64,000 bases of DNA, from NCBI RefSeq assembly GCF_009914755.1, contig NC_060926.1. The stretch is one strand, 5' to 3'. The notes under the pieces are model-generated. The model was not told the DNA's origin and searched no databases. It saw nothing but the letters and a program-made list of their open reading frames with translations. The DNA is from the human T2T-CHM13v2.0 reference genome, Homo sapiens. The position numbers and the translations under genes were made by a program. Shown piece after piece: positions 14,030 through 30,629 of the stretch (its first letter is position 1; the number at the start of each line of letters is the position of its first letter).

Positions 14030-14200
14030 ATGGTGTGAACTTGGGCAAATAATTTACCCTTTATAAACATATTTTGCCATCTATAAAATGGGGACAACAA
14101 GAGTACACACCTTGCAGGGTTATTTTGAAGACTAAATGACATAAAATATATGCATCATAGTAGGGCACACGAAAAGCACTCAAAAAAATGAGTGTTATCT
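14030..14200 (+). mobile_element. MIR
   Basis: Core 'tgtgaacttgggcaaat...catctataaaatgggga'. Confidence 0.75.
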
Positions 14201-16499
14201 TTTCTTTCTCCTCTTGCACACCTTCTTACCCCGCCCTTGCACCATTTCTTGATCCTTCTTAAATGCTCTAAAAATTATCAGCTATTTGCCCTCAAATATT
14301 TTATCCTAAAGATATTAACTAAGTATTGTTGTTTGATGTGCCCTTCCTTTAACTATTAAATATCTCTAAACTACTAGACGGAAAAAAAAACCATCCTTCT
14401 ATTCTTTGGGTCACAGTAACTCATTTTTTTAAGGCTAATCCCTTACTTAATTTAGGAAAATTTCTATTTTCCCCTGTCAAGAAGTCTTATTTATTTTTTG
14501 AAATTATATGCTACATTAATATATGGCAGGACTTATATTTTGGAGTTTGGACTCTGGAAAGTCAAATTAAATTTCTTAACACAGAATTCTTATTTATAGG
14601 ATTCATCATTTTGATAAGAGAGAAGTCTCATATAGGACAACATAATGCTGAATAAGAAATCTTGAAAGTGAATGCTTTAGAAGGGAATCGATGCAGTTGT
14701 AATTCTGCACAATAGAGTGGTCGAAGTAGGAGTTCCTAGAAAACAATGTGGTTATTTAAATTCCACCTTGAAAACTGAGTGACAGTTTGCCCAGGGAACT
14801 ATTGTGCTCTAAATTCCATCGCAAGACAAATCTTGCCTTCCCACAAGCCACTGAAAAGCCTTTTATTTTGTCATCTTCTTCCAAAGGCTCCTCAAAACCT
14901 TCCCAACAAACCAGGATTTTCTGCCGTAAAAAACAAAGGCTGTGTTTTTAAAGAAAAGGAATATATCACCTCCCTCAAATTAAGCATCATGAAAATGAAA
15001 ATTCTAGTAATTTCTCAGCAATTTCAGAAACTAAACAATCTGAACACTTTTTAAAATGCTGTCTTACACCGAATCATTTTAACTTCTTTATTCTTGTCCT
15101 TTTTGTTGCCAGCTGTTCCACAAAATAACTACTTAACACCTATCATAAAAATAGACTTCGCTGGCTAATAAAATCAGTGACATGCTGTGAAACTTGCCTA
15201 AGAACCCATGTTTCAGGGCCATATACTTAATCTGAACTTCCTAAATATGCATATAATTTTTAGAATAATTATATTTTAGAAGCCACTCTCAGAAATTATC
15301 TTCCTAACGAAAACACTAGAAACAGCTTAGAAAGGGTCTCATATAATATACTAATGTAAACACCTACACGCATTCACACACATACACAGGGTTCTTAAGG
15401 CTATGTAGTACTTTCATTAAAAAGTAGATTCATATTTTTGCTCCTGAGATCTTTGAGATTCTTTAAAATAAACATTAAGAACTTAAACATAATCGTATTT
15501 TGTAAGTTACCCAAAGCTAACTTCTTCCCCAAAGTCACTGCACATTTCCACAGGGCTCTGGCTTTTTGTCTAGCCCCAGGGAGACCCCCCACACACACAC
15601 CAGTAGAAAAACACAGAATTCAGGACAAATGTGCTGTCCTCCTGGGTGTCCTTCACCACTGGCATCTTTACTCCGGCTAATTCTTCCCGTGTGGAACACC
15701 TCCTTCTAAAAGTGCCGTAGGAAAAAGCTTACTGTGATGTGTAATCATGGCACCCACCCTTTTCTAGTCTCGCTTAGAGTCCTTCTGTAAATCACAGAAA
15801 CCAACCGGGAAGTTGGTGGGGCTGGGAGTGCTGTCCACTTCTCCATTAGGTTCCAGGTGATTCCCAGGATGCTGGTGGACCAGGGAGGAGCTGGGTGGCT
15901 GCAGCTGGGAGAGGTGAGTGGTCTGTGAATGCCATCTACCAGCCTTGGATACCAAAAAATCAGTGGCAATATTAGAGAACCCCCATCCTGGCTGGAAGCC
16001 CGGACTGACAGATTTGAAAATGATCACTACAATTGGGGAAAATCTTCCCAGGCTCTGTGCATATAAAAAATGTTAAGGTTATCTCACACTCCTTTCTAGG
16101 AAGACAGAGCCTCTCCATCAAGGAAAGCTGCTGTGGAGAGAAACCAAAATGATCAGTGTTGAAACACTGGGATTGGGAAATCTAGAAGGAATGGTGCTCA
16201 GATGACAGGCTGAGGAAGCAAATCCCAGAAAACATGCAGCTGGACACAAGGCTTCTTCATCAATATAATTAACTCTGAGAAACAATAAAACAACTGCAGG
16301 ATATATTTTGAGTCCTTCCAAGTTATTATAACTGAGTGGGGAGAACTGAATCAGTGAAGCTAGAAAAACTATGTTGGCTAACTTCATCTCCTGACACCCC
16401 CTAACCAGAAACCCTTTCCTAAAACTCCAGGAAAATCCACCTCCTGTAAACATAGGCAAAAACAACAAAAATATAAAGTTATCAAAAGAAAAAGGTGGG

Positions 16500-17300
16500 A
16501 ATAACATTAATAATACACAAACACACAAGAACGTACTAGAAAACTGTGGTTGAATGCACCTACAAGAAAAATGTTTTTATATTGGCCAGTGAAGCACAAT
16601 CAAACTCTATGCTGTATTAAAGAAATAATCCTTTAACAAAATGATTCAGAAAAGTAAAAATAAAAGGGTGGGCAAATAACTATCAAGCAATTAAAAAATG
16701 GACCATACACTTAATATTAGACAAGTTTGAATTCATGTCAAACCATTTTAACAAGACAAATAATGACACCTAATAAAGTCTGAAATACACAGTGAAAATA
16801 TAATACTATAACAACACCGAAGAGGAGAACTAAACTATCTCTTTCAGATTTAGATAATTACAGATTAAGTGGACATTATCAATAAAGGCAACAGCCATTT
16901 ATAGTATAGATACTATGTATACTACACTTTGGTAATAGACAAGATACTTTCACTTGTAAGTGCACATGGAATATTTGTAAAAATTTCCTATATATTAAGG
17001 CCTGAAAGAAGCCTCAATAAATTAATAAAAAAATACAAACTGCATTTTCTAACTTCTAAACAATAAAACAAAACTTAGTAAAATGAAGAGTCTTTTGAAA
17101 AATTAACAATATCCTCCATGAATAAATCTATGGGTCAAAAGGAAAATACAAAATAAAAGTATAGAATTCCTAGAAATTTTATAATGAAAACAACATTACA
17201 GAATGTAGAATATGGCTAATATTGTCCTTGGAGGAAAGATCATGTCATAAAATAACTATACTACTAAAAGTGAAATAACATAATTAGATATCAAAATCAA
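16500..17300 (+). mobile_element. Very old L1ME-like ORF2 (endonuclease region) fragment
   Basis: 'ctctatgctgtattaaagaaa...taaaagggtgggcaaa...agtgcacatggaatattt' L1 EN-like, highly degenerate. Confidence 0.6.
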
Positions 17301-17349
17301 AGTAATTAAGGATTAAAGCATTAAAATATTATTATTATTAAAATAATAA

Positions 17350-19446
<2,097 letters not shown>

Positions 19447-19479
19447 CTCAAAAAATGTTTTTATAAAAGATTGTCACAG

Positions 19480-19650
19480 GGAGGCAGCCCGGTATCTCAG
19501 AAAAGGCATTAGGTTTGAAATCAGACAGACTTGAATTCAAATCTAGCCCTAACATTTATTCTTTGGTTTGGAGAAAGTTATTTATTTCCATTAGACAATT
19601 TATACTAACTTCTGTTGCCTCACCTATAAAACAGGAAATAGATTTTCTAA
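19480..19650 (+). mobile_element. MIR
   Basis: 'tcagacagacttgaattcaaatctagc...cctcacctataaaacagg'. Confidence 0.6.
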
Positions 19651-20839
19651 GCCAATACTTCGATAATGGGAAGATTCTCCTTTTAACATCATTTCCTGGG
19701 GACTAGTCAGAAAGTTTCTCATGGCTCCTACAATGTCTAAATTACCTTTAAACTCAAAGGAGTTGCTAGTTTTCCTTAATCTATGAAGGGTTTATAAAAT
19801 ATACCACTCCTATGCAATGCTAGTCTAATTATCATTAACAAGAAACTCTCCTACTGAGGATTTCTTGGAAATCGTGCTGTTATTAAGGAAGCTAGCATGA
19901 TTATTGTGATATATTAACAAAATTGTGGTGTGTAATTACTTCACCGTATCAATACAGCTAAAGCGCACTGTAGGCCATTCAGGCATGTATGCCTACTGAT
20001 ATGAAGGAACTAGAGATGGTCCCAAAAGAATTAAAATTAAGGAAATGTGCATATCATGAGACACTTTCAGCAAAACTGGGATAAGGCATTGTTTATAGAA
20101 ACGCGTAATGATCCTCTTCAAAATTATATATGGTAATTTAGAGTAGCATGGCCTATACTGTAGGGCAAAGGGTGAAAGGAAATACAAATAAAGAAATAAT
20201 TCACATTCTTCAATTATAGATCTCTCCGTGCAGAACATATAGAATTGTGTTACAAAAGATTCTCTTAGGATGTAATAGAAAAATGTTTATTTCTAAGGAT
20301 AAGTGAAAGGAGAGATATAAATATTTTAGCTCTGAATGAACCATTTCAAAAAAATGTTTTGAGAGTTTGTTAGCAAACAACATGGAAAGAGTTCAGGCTA
20401 CAAGAGACCATTGTATGGGTCCTTCTTTTAAAAAAGGAAAGAACAAAATCTCAAATGCTCTTTAAGAAGTTAGAAATTACAACATAAAATACATGTATGT
20501 ATTACATTCTATATGTTAAGGATTTTAGCTGATTTTAACTAAAATATAGTCTAACTTCTTAAGGAGCAACAATTTACTGAAAAAGACTGAAAAAGAAAAG
20601 AAATATTTAAAATATAGAGTGATAAGCATTTGGCACAAAGAATTATGGAAAGGAGAAAGAAAGAAGCAGCCTATGATTGATTGGATGTGTCCATTGCAGA
20701 AGTGACATTTGATCTGAGCCTAAATGGATGAGAGAGATTTCATCATGGAAAGAAGCGAATTATACACAGAAGAAGAAACAAAAGGGCACAGAAGCTTGTG
20801 TTCAAGAGAAGGTGAGTTGTTCCTTGTGCCTAAGTAATA

Positions 20840-21530
20840 GACCACCACGATCAAGATATAGACTGTTCACCCACTCTGAAAGTTTCCCTTTGGGATTAGC
20901 CCCGACCCCCTCCAATCATGGCCCCAGGCAACCACTGATCTTTCTGTCATTTCTAGAATTCCATATAAATAGGATCATACTGAAGATAGTTTTATCGTGG
21001 TTGACTTCTTTCACTTAACATATTTGTAAGATCACTGGGTCATTTCATGTATAATTTACTTCATTCTTGCTTGTTTCTGAGTAGTATTCCAGAGTGTAGA
21101 TATACCACAATTTCTTTCTCTCTTTATCCATAGCTGGTCATTTGGGTTTGGGGCTACTACAAGTAATGCTGATATGAATATTCACATACACATTTTCTGT
21201 GGATGCATGTTTTCAATTTTCTTGGATAAATGCATAGGAATAGAATTAGGTACAGGTATTTTGACTGTTTCCAAATAGCTGTACCACTTTGCATTATCCC
21301 TCAAGTAATGCCTGAGAGCTCCAGGGGCTCTGTATCATTTCCAGCACTTGGTGTTGTCAAGCTTTTGAACTTTAGCTATCTTTAGAGGTATATAATGACA
21401 TTTTGTGGTGGCTTTAATTTGCATTTCCCTGATAACTAGTGATGTTAAGAATTGTCTGATGTGCTTAAAAACCACTTGTACATCTTCTTTTGAGAAGTGT
21501 CTGTTCAAATATTTTGCCCATTTTAATCAG
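20840..21530 (-). mobile_element. L1MB/L1ME1-like 3' fragment
   Basis: 'ccccaggcaaccactgatct', 'gagtagtattcc', 'tttaatttgcatttccctgataactagtgatgtt'. Confidence 0.8.
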
Positions 21531-21539
21531 CTCTTTTCC

Positions 21540-22345
21540 TTGTAAGGTCCTCACTCTCTTCAGTGTTCATAGTTTGGCAGTTTCACTTTTCTGGTTCTCC
21601 AGGGAAGAAAATCTGGGCTTTTTCATGTGTGCCCCTGCCACTACTATTCATGCTGTGCCAACTGGCCTTGGTCTGAAACTAAAAGCTGGGGAGACAGGAA
21701 TGCACTTAAAAAGCTCTCCCTCTTTCCTCTTCCAAATCTGAATTTCCCATCACAGTCTGTCTGCTTCCAGTCACTCCCCAGTACCTTTTAATGTTGCTTT
21801 TTTTTATATTGTGTCCAAGTTTTCTGAAGCAGGGGGTTATTCAGAAGGATATTGGACCATCGTATGTGGAAGTTTGATATATTTTCCTTTTCAGTATCAT
21901 TCCATCTAAAATAGTCTCCAAATGTCTTCCTGTAACTGTGTAACTTGGGAATTTTTCCTAGGTGTCTTATTGTAATTGGTTTCTAATTTAGTTCCACTGT
22001 GGTAAAAAAAAATAAATAAAAAAAAATAAAAAAAAATAGACTGTGTGGTTGCAACCCTTTTAAATGTATTAAGGTTTATTTTATGGCTATCACAGTGAAA
22101 GACCATGTATGTGGATGTGAAGAACATGTGTATGGTAGTCTGAAGTTGTTGAGTGAAGTATTATAAACATCAATTGGGTTAAGATATCATCCAGAACATC
22201 TATAACTTTGTTTATATTTTGTCTACTTATTTTTGATCTTTCTCCAGTGCCTTCAGAGAGTTGTTTTGTATTTTGTCCAGAATTTACGGTTGTTATCTGT
22301 GAGAGAGCTGATTTGGTAAGAGCTTTCTTGGTCATATGAAAATGA
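21540..22345 (-). mobile_element. Fragmented old L1 (5'-end and ORF2 pieces)
   Basis: 'ttctaatttagttccactgtggt', 'aagaacatgtgtat...gttgttgagtgaag', 'tttgtccagaatttacggttgttatc'. Confidence 0.6.
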
Positions 22346-22447
22346 ATCTTGCCTTGTTTATTTTTAAATTCTCTTTATAGTATATTTATACTTCCTGAAA
22401 TGTCTATTTTCAATCTAATCAAAGATTTTTCTTAGTTTATTCTAAGA

Positions 22448-22700
22448 TTTCCCAAGCCACGTTTTATGAAAGAATATTCTTCGAGATGTTAATAGTTGTT
22501 TTGTTAGTAGAAGAGGAGTATAGAATGTTTTGGGAACAGAAGTTTTGGGAAACACTGCATTCTATGGTCTCTTCGTGGAGACCTATAAGGCTCATTAGAA
22601 AGTAAGTTCTTTCTGAGAAATCTTGCAGTAGGGAAATATGTTAAACTTTGTTAAATCAACATCTACTTATTTGAATACAAGGCCTGTCCTTCACATAATA
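22448..22700. mobile_element. MER103C-like DNA transposon fossil
   Basis: 'tttgggaaacactgcat...tctgagaaatcttgcagtagggaaa...ttaaactttgttaaa'. Confidence 0.65.
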
Positions 22701-23310
22701 CTTCACATCACATATAACCAAAGTTAGTGGGCTCCTCATCTATTTCATCCCACTCAATTTCACGTGCCAAGCTTTCCATGACAGGTTATTTTCCTGTGGC
22801 TTTTTTTTTTTTTTTTTTTTTTGCTTTCTTGCCCATATTTCTATTGTCTGAACTAATGAAAGGTATGTTAAATCTACTGGAAACCATGACCCAACGTTAG
22901 AAACATAATTTTGCCATAAAGCCAAAGTATTAAAAAAATTGTATTTCAAAGGTTCATTTTACAATTGTATCCTTACTCTTTGGATCTTATAAGCAGTCCA
23001 CTTTTCCAACAGTGTGAAGCCCCAGGTTTCTAGCATCTTTCTCTTGCTTTGTCATTTCTCTGGCGAACTGGCCCGTTCATCCTAGGGCTCACCTCTTGTG
23101 ATACCTTGCCAAAGACAGCTAATAGCAATTAAAACCCACGATTAACCTTCAGTTTTCCAGTCTCCTCCCCTTGAGCACAAATCTCTCAGGTAATCTAAAG
23201 ATCTGCCTCTCAAATATTTTGTGATGATTTGCCATCTATACAAAAAGATCATTTTCTTTATCACTCACCATGTAGGAATATTGTTCTAGGTAGGAATATT
23301 GTTGCCAGAT

Positions 23311-23503
23311 TATTTTTTACTTTTTTTAACTTTTATTTTAGGTTTGGGGGACAGTACCCAAGGTTTGTCACATAGGTAAATACGTGTCACAGGGGTTTGT
23401 TGTACATATTATTTCACCACCCAGGCATTAAGCCCGATACCCAATAGTTACCTTTTCTGCTCCTGTCCCTCCTCTTACCATCCCCCCACAAGTGGACCCC
23501 AGT
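23311..23503 (-). mobile_element. Short 5'-truncated L1PA (about PA11-13) 3' end
   Basis: 'ttttattttaggtttggggg...aggtttgtcacataggtaaa...cccaatagtta...agtggaccccagt'. Confidence 0.88.
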
Positions 23504-24039
23504 ATTTTATAGTTTTTATGGAACACCACTTCAGAACCAATTGAAATGTTTTATGGCGATTTTTATCACACCCATCTGTAAATCTGTATGTGCACTCGTA
23601 TCTTCAGCATTATGATCAATTTCATTTTATAGGCTGTTCTACAGGATTTTCTGTTCACATGGAAAAATATGTTATGTCCACTTTCTAATGTCTGTTAGAT
23701 CACATCACTCAAATATTCTGTTATTTCTAGTAGGTTTTATTTTGCTATTAGATTTTTTAGGTAATAATCTGACCTAAAAAAACATGTATTTGTATTTTCT
23801 CTCTCATCATATTGACATACCTCTTAGCCAACGTTAAAAAAATACTGGTGATAATATCATCCGTACTTTATTCTTGAGTCTAATGCCTCCAAAGTTTGTC
23901 ATTAAATGCGATGCTGGCTCTTGGATTTCTAAATATAATATTTATAATATAAGAATGTAACCCTCTAAATATATTGAGAATAGATTTTGAATATTATCAA
24001 AGGCCCATTTGCATCTATTGAGATAAATTGTCTCATTAA

Positions 24040-24150
24040 TTAATTAATTAAGTACATATTACCACTTCTTATGTGCCAGCACTGGGACTGCAGAGGTGAA
24101 TAAGGGCAATGCAGCCCCTGCCTCTATTGATTTTCCAGTCCAGAGATGAA
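24040..24150 (-). mobile_element. L2 3' fragment
   Basis: 'tatgtgccagcactgggactgcagaggtgaataag...cccctgcctct'. Confidence 0.55.
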
Positions 24151-24399
24151 AATTATGTTTGCCACTTCTACTTATTTATTTTATGTTCTAACATTATATC
24201 ATTCTTATATTACTGCTGGAAGCAGTACTTTTATACCTTTCCTCTCCAACGCACACCCTGTGCTCCCATAATAAAATCTCCAAGGCTCGATCAACCAGAA
24301 AACTTCACAATGAACTTTCTAGCTTGTGCTATTTGAGGGACAGAAACTACCACCCAGCTCCATCCCTAACTCTTCAATGATCTCCTCATTGATACAAAA

Positions 24400-25125
<726 letters not shown>

Positions 25126-25139
25126 CATCATTATGCAAC

Positions 25140-25600
25140 ACCCTGTCTAATATCTAACCCCACACATCTTAAGAGTTTTTTGCTGCCATTACAGTAACAC
25201 CCGCCCTCCAGGTACAATTTTCTTTTCTCGTCAGTTTATGCCAATTATGTTGTGATAATAAACACCCTCCAAGTAGTCTTGACACCACAACAAAGTTCCT
25301 TGCTCCCTCACATTGAATGTCAGCTGTGGGAAGGCCCCAGCTTTGTTCTGTTGCACCTTCGCAATGGGACTGAAGATGAAGGGACAGCCCTCGCGTGAAG
25401 CATGCCGCTCAGGAGCAGAGGGAGGGGGGTAATGGGAGCACCACCTGCCTTTTAATGCACCTCCTTGGAAGGAGCATGCGTTGCTTCTTCAATCATTTTA
25501 TTGGCTGAAGCAAGTTGTATGGGAAAATATGACATCAATTGGTGAGGGGTAAGTATAATCTCTCACAAAAAGGAACAGAAAACACTTGAGAAAAATAGCA
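25140..25600 (-). mobile_element. MLT1K/L-like MaLR LTR plus adjoining internal stub
   Basis: Internal-junction-like 'cagtaacacccgccctccaggtacaatttt', then 'ttatgttgtgataataaaca...caacaaagt...ttttattggctgaagcaagt'. Confidence 0.65.
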
Positions 25601-25959
25601 CAGTCTACCAGAGTAACAGTCTTAACCAGGAGAAGAAATGAAAAACACAAAAACAAAACACAAAAGACAAAAACAAAAAAAAAAACAGTATGTGGGGGTT
25701 TGGGCCTGGTGATAGATGGATTCAGTTCTAGGCACACAGAGCCTACGGTGACATTCAGTTACTTATGGACTTCTGCCTCAGGGGAAGGTCTTGGTTCAAA
25801 TTTGATCATTCTCTCAGTAGAGGTTGCCTGGTTGCCTAAAATAGAAAATCCACTCAAACAGGCAGAGAAATAGTCAAACTCCTTCTTACAGCCCATATCA
25901 AGCTCCCCATCTGCCTTCTGTGTGACAATGCTTGGGCTGCTCTCCACCTCACACATGTT

Positions 25960-26395
25960 GCTCCAGGGACACATAATTCTTCCAGATCAGCAAACAAATC
26001 AGGCCCCCTTCTTCATTCTGGGCCTACCTTGCTCTTCTCTCTTTCCAGGCCTCTCTGCCTGCTCATTCAAAGGGCTCCCACTTCTAAACCCTAGGGCTCG
26101 GCATAAAACTCATTTCATCTAGAAACCTTTTCTCATAGCTCTTTCTAAAGGAGTCCTCATTTAGACTATATTTTTCTCTAGCACAGCATACTGTGCTTTA
26201 TACTCATCTTGGTCCTTCCCAGAATCTGTAATTATTTTAATTGTTTATTGCTGTATTTTTATCTTGTTCACTTCTTAAAGTGCAGCCTCCTCAAAGGAAG
26301 GAACCGTCTCTCTTTGGGTCACCATTTATTTCTAAATCCTTGGCACAATGCCTGGCATACAGTAATTAATATTTTGTATTAATATTTCAGTGAGT
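25960..26395 (+). mobile_element. L2 3' fragment
   Basis: Ends 'ggcacaatgcctggcatacagta...aatatttcagtgagt'. Confidence 0.6.
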
Positions 26396-26629
26396 TTATT
26401 ATAAAGATAACATGGTAAATTTGTTAGGTGGCAGTTTGGCAATAAAAAGATGCTTTAAATATGTTATCATGTCTTTGTTCTATAAACATCACTCAAGGCA
26501 TCTCTAGGTTTAACAAATGTGAGACAAGTGAGCAGTTTGACTTTGATTTGCTGTAACTGGAACGTGAGGATTAATTAAGTTTGTTTCTTCCATTGTCTTA
26601 TTTTTAGATAAGCAAGAATTTGGGTCAAC

Positions 26630-26887
26630 AGGCTCATGGGCTAAGGAGACCCTTGGGAATATAAGGATCAAGAGAACTACCTCTTCCCTTTTGAGATCCA
26701 AATGCTATTATTAGCACATCTCTTTGGGGCTGAGATGGTCTTAAGGCCTCCAAAGAGAGGAGGAAAGGCTGTGGACTGGTTGCCGGGGAGTAAACAACAC
26801 GCCCTTGATATTAATGGAAGAGGTCTACCTACAACAGAGAGGGTGCATTGGGCCATCTGATCTTCTGAGCCAGCTGCCCCACTGTGG

Positions 26888-26922
<35 letters not shown>

Positions 26923-27348
26923 TTATTTTGAGGTGGAGTCTCTCTCTGTTGCTCAGGCCAGAGTGCAGTGGCACGATCTCAGCTCACTGCAAGCTCTGCC
27001 TGCCGAGTTCACACCGTTCTCCTGCCTCAGCCTCCCAAGTAGCTAGGACTACATGTGCCTGTGACCACACCTGGCTAGTTTTTTGTATTTTTTAGTAGAG
27101 ACAGGGTTTCACCTTAGCCAGGATGGTCTCGATCTCCTGACCTCATAATCTGCCCATCTCGGCCTCCCAAAGTGCTGGGATTACAGGCATGAGCCACCAC
27201 GCCCAGGCCCCACTGTGGTTTTATGAGTGTAAACCGGAAAGTTTTATTTCACTTGCTCCTTTGTGAGCCATTGGGTACATCTGTGCAGGAATCTAGACTT
27301 AGGTGTGTTAGGATGCTGTTGCAGCTGCAGTCAAGAGACTATCTCACA
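26630..27348. mobile_element. Probable old ERVL-class LTR (family unresolved) interrupted by an Alu
   Basis: LTR-like composition ending '...ctatctcaca'; only partial recalled similarity. Confidence 0.3.
26890..27206 (-). mobile_element. AluY-like SINE with (TTTA)n tail
   Basis: Antisense dimer; TSD gccccactgtggtt (26876-26889 / 27207-27220); tail expanded to about 9 TTTA units. Confidence 0.95.
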
Positions 27349-27439
27349 GTGTGGGCTTAGTCTTCAACACTGGCTCTGCAGCAACAGAGCAAAGGCTGCT
27401 ATGTGTGTGGAGTTTCTCTATTACCACCCTAGTTAGTTC

Positions 27440-27926
27440 TGGTCCCCTTCCAGCTAACCATCTGTCTTTCCTACCCTCCACCACTTCTTTTCCCTTTTTG
27501 CGTCCTTTCTCCTTCTCTTGGCAGTGCGTGTGTTATCCAAGCCTGGACAATCAGAGACAACGGTTCTCCTGGCCACAGTGGTTGGCATGAGGTGGACACA
27601 GGACAATGAGAGTCCTCCCCAGAACATTTCTAACACAGGAATCAGCAAAGATACCCTCACTGTCTTGGGTCACCAGTCACAGGCAAAGGGTGGAGCTGGT
27701 TTTGCCATTCGTCGGCAGAAGAGAATGAGAAAAAGCACAACATTCAAAGAGGAAAAGGAGAGAGACCAGGATGACATTACCTGAGCCCCAGATCTCCAGG
27801 TTTCTACTCTACCTGAAGACAAAGCTAACCCTAGATTGTTCACTTACAGAAAACACTCATCACTGAGTTTGCTTATTAGTATGAGTTCGACCTTGTAATT
27901 TGCAGCTCAGAGTCCTCACCAATATA
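27440..27926 (+). mobile_element. MLT1J-like MaLR LTR
   Basis: 'ctcctggccacagtggttgg', 'caatgagagtcctccccag', end 'ttgcagctcagagtcctcaccaatata'. Confidence 0.65.
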
Positions 27927-28581
27927 GATTAAAAATATATGACAAAACAAAATGTTTTCTCCCAGGGATACAGAATGGACATAGGGTAAACGGCATTTGG
28001 AAGAGATGATTTCTTGCCCAGTCACCATCCAGCAAGGAAAGCAAAACAAACAAATTACAAATACAAACAACACAAAGAATAAAGACAGGAGAGAAGGGGG
28101 GGAAATGAGAGAGAGAGACAAACAGAGACAGAGAGACTATCTCCCTCTGAGCCTGATTAGATTCCAAGCTGCCGGTGAGACATTTATGGCAGAGTAAAAT
28201 GTGGGTTTTAAGAAGCCACTACTCTGTGATGAGCAGGCAGGCCCCCGATTTATGAAGACAGATATTATTCTTTAAACTTAACGTGTAAAAATAAATAATT
28301 AAGAGTTAATACTTGTTCTGGCATTTGAATAATAAAATGACTAGATTATATATGTAAGTTTCTTACATCTTGCCGTTATCTGATCCTTGAATAAAACATA
28401 ACCTGGACTACCACCACTAAGCTCACAGCACGGGCCTTGCTAGGCCAGCTAGAAGAAACCAGCATTAAAGGCTCAAACAGGAACTCCCCTGCTGTAAAGC
28501 ACCTGCAAGTCCAACCTAGTACGTAGAAAGCAAATATTATACCCCTTAACAAAAAGTTAAGCTTATGGTTTACCAGGATGT

Positions 28582-28583
<2 letters not shown>

Positions 28584-28618
<35 letters not shown>
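28584..28618. repeat. (TG)n microsatellite
   Basis: About 17 perfect TG units. Confidence 0.97.
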
Positions 28619-28620
<2 letters not shown>

Positions 28621-28684
28621 TGCTCAACAAGCGATTGTCAATGCGTTCCTTGCTTAACAAATCTCATTAGCCATCTATTTTAAA

Positions 28685-29115
28685 CCATTTGGGAAGCCAC
28701 TCAAAAGGGGTGTTTGAAGAGGGTTTGGAGAAGGAGTGACATAAGGATCTGGCAGGGTTAATGGAAACCAGGAGGGTGGTGGAGCATCCAGAAGATGCAA
28801 GGGGAGGGCACAGCTCCCGGAGCCTGCAGAGAGCTGTGGCTGTCAGAGAGGCCTGCTCCACAGGAGCTGCGGCCTCCGTAAAGAAATGCAGCCAACCCAC
28901 AACCCAGCAGGGAGGAAAAGGGAATAAATACCCTGACCTCCCTCTCCCCCACCCCCTGATCTTCTGCCAGTGCCTCTACATGGCTAAAGTTAACTCCATG
29001 TGGGAGGGCAAGGGAGACTGTCCCTATGTGGTCCCTGGAGAACAGACTAAGGGTCACAAAGTGGGTGGAGGAGGACAGAGAGCAGATTCAGAGCGGGAAA
29101 TGGAAAGTGCTCTGC
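28685..29115 (-). mobile_element. LTR33-like ERVL LTR
   Basis: 'ggaataaataccctgacctccctctcc...ctgatcttctgccagtgcctc...gagggcaagggag'. Confidence 0.75.
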
Positions 29116-30629
29116 TCTCCTTTTCAAGCACAAATTATTGTCTCTTTTAGTTTAACGACACTATGTTTTTGAGAACTTGGAAAACTTATTAGGAGACTAT
29201 TTGAATTTTGACATTACAAAGACTGACTGATGTTTTCAGCACATACATTATATGAGCATGCCCTACTGGTATATTGCGTTTCACTATTTTCCTCTTTTGA
29301 TTACTTTATAAGGTTAGCGGGTTTTCTGTTCAATCTTGCTTTTGTATGGAATTAAAATACATTTATACAAACTGGTTTCTTTCAAGAAAACTTCCTTGGG
29401 AGTAGGTGCCACTTCTGGATGTGACATCTCCAAGAGTGGATTAGACTGCTACATAAGGACCTAACATTCTCAAGACAGCCAACTCTTCTTGCTGGCTTAC
29501 TCAAACAGATGATTTCCTAGAGGTATTGGTAAAGAGGCTGCTCTGTCTGCAAAACCCTAAAAACCAAGGGGTTTCCCACCCTCTGACTATAATAGAGTCC
29601 TCTGACCCTTGCAGTTGGTCAACATTTTTTCACACACATACAAAATAATTTTTGATAAATTATAACCACTCTGGCCAGGAGAATGAATTCACATTATTTA
29701 CTGGAAAAACAGGGCCAGATAAGAACTCTGAAAGAAATCATTTAAAACATTTGAGTCAAGTTCCTTTATCTGAAAACATCTATATATTTTACAGATATCA
29801 AAAAAGAGGAGCTATAAATAACTTGTCACTATGCTTTGAGTCCTATTAATAATATGTGGAGTTCTTTCAGCCATTTCTGAGTAAAGACAACTAAGATTTA
29901 AGAGCAAAGAAATGGAAAGTTCAGATCTTGTGAAGTAAATAAGGCACACTTTGGATAAATGTTTAGGGAAATATTTTCCTGCAGGCAGTCGGTAAGCCAG
30001 TTGAGTGGCTGTGATAACACTGAGGATGTTCCCATTCTCAACTTGTCTGTGTCCATCTAAGGATAAACCTTGATTGTTGTTTAACTGTGCAGAGTTCAGG
30101 TATTCACACCTCTCTTCAATTAGACAATTCACAATTCCTCTGACTATTATCTCGACCCAGGTGGCTCCGCTGACTCGACTATGTTTCAGCCCATGCAGTG
30201 GAAAAATGATGAACTGGAGACAGCCTGTCGGACTCTGAGAGTCATGACACACTTATTTCAGGGAAAATGTAGCACTTCATCTTCACAGCTCCTGATGAAA
30301 TATTACCACTTTTGCTGTAGTAATCAAAAAAGTTAAACTCACAGTCTTCTAGATACAGATTTAAACATTATTAATGCAAAATCTTTAAACCTACAAGATA
30401 GATCTACCTGCAAAAAATATGGTAAGAGCAAAGATGCCACAGGCCTGACAGGACTGGCCCCCTCACATGCCCCGCTGTCTAGCTGCTACAAAGACTCAAG
30501 AACCATAAGAAATTAAAAACTAATTTTAAAAAATAAGAGAAGCAAAGAAAAGAAGAAACAAAGGCAGGATAAGAAAGTACAAGAAGAGGAGGAAATAACA
30601 AGTTCTTTCAACAATAAAGTGAACAGAGT

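Noticed and set aside
16118-16528. 136-aa hydrophobic ORF
   Set aside because: Antisense to A-rich, probably L1-derived sequence, which yields F/L-rich chance ORFs.
23272-23303. Direct repeat gtaggaatattgtt x2 next to the L1PA tail
   Set aside because: Both copies lie on the same side of the L1, so it is not a TSD; it is an ordinary short tandem duplication.
29812-30252. 146-aa minus-strand ORF in unique sequence
   Set aside because: Non-ATG start, no recognisable domain and no convincing exon structure; length is compatible with chance.
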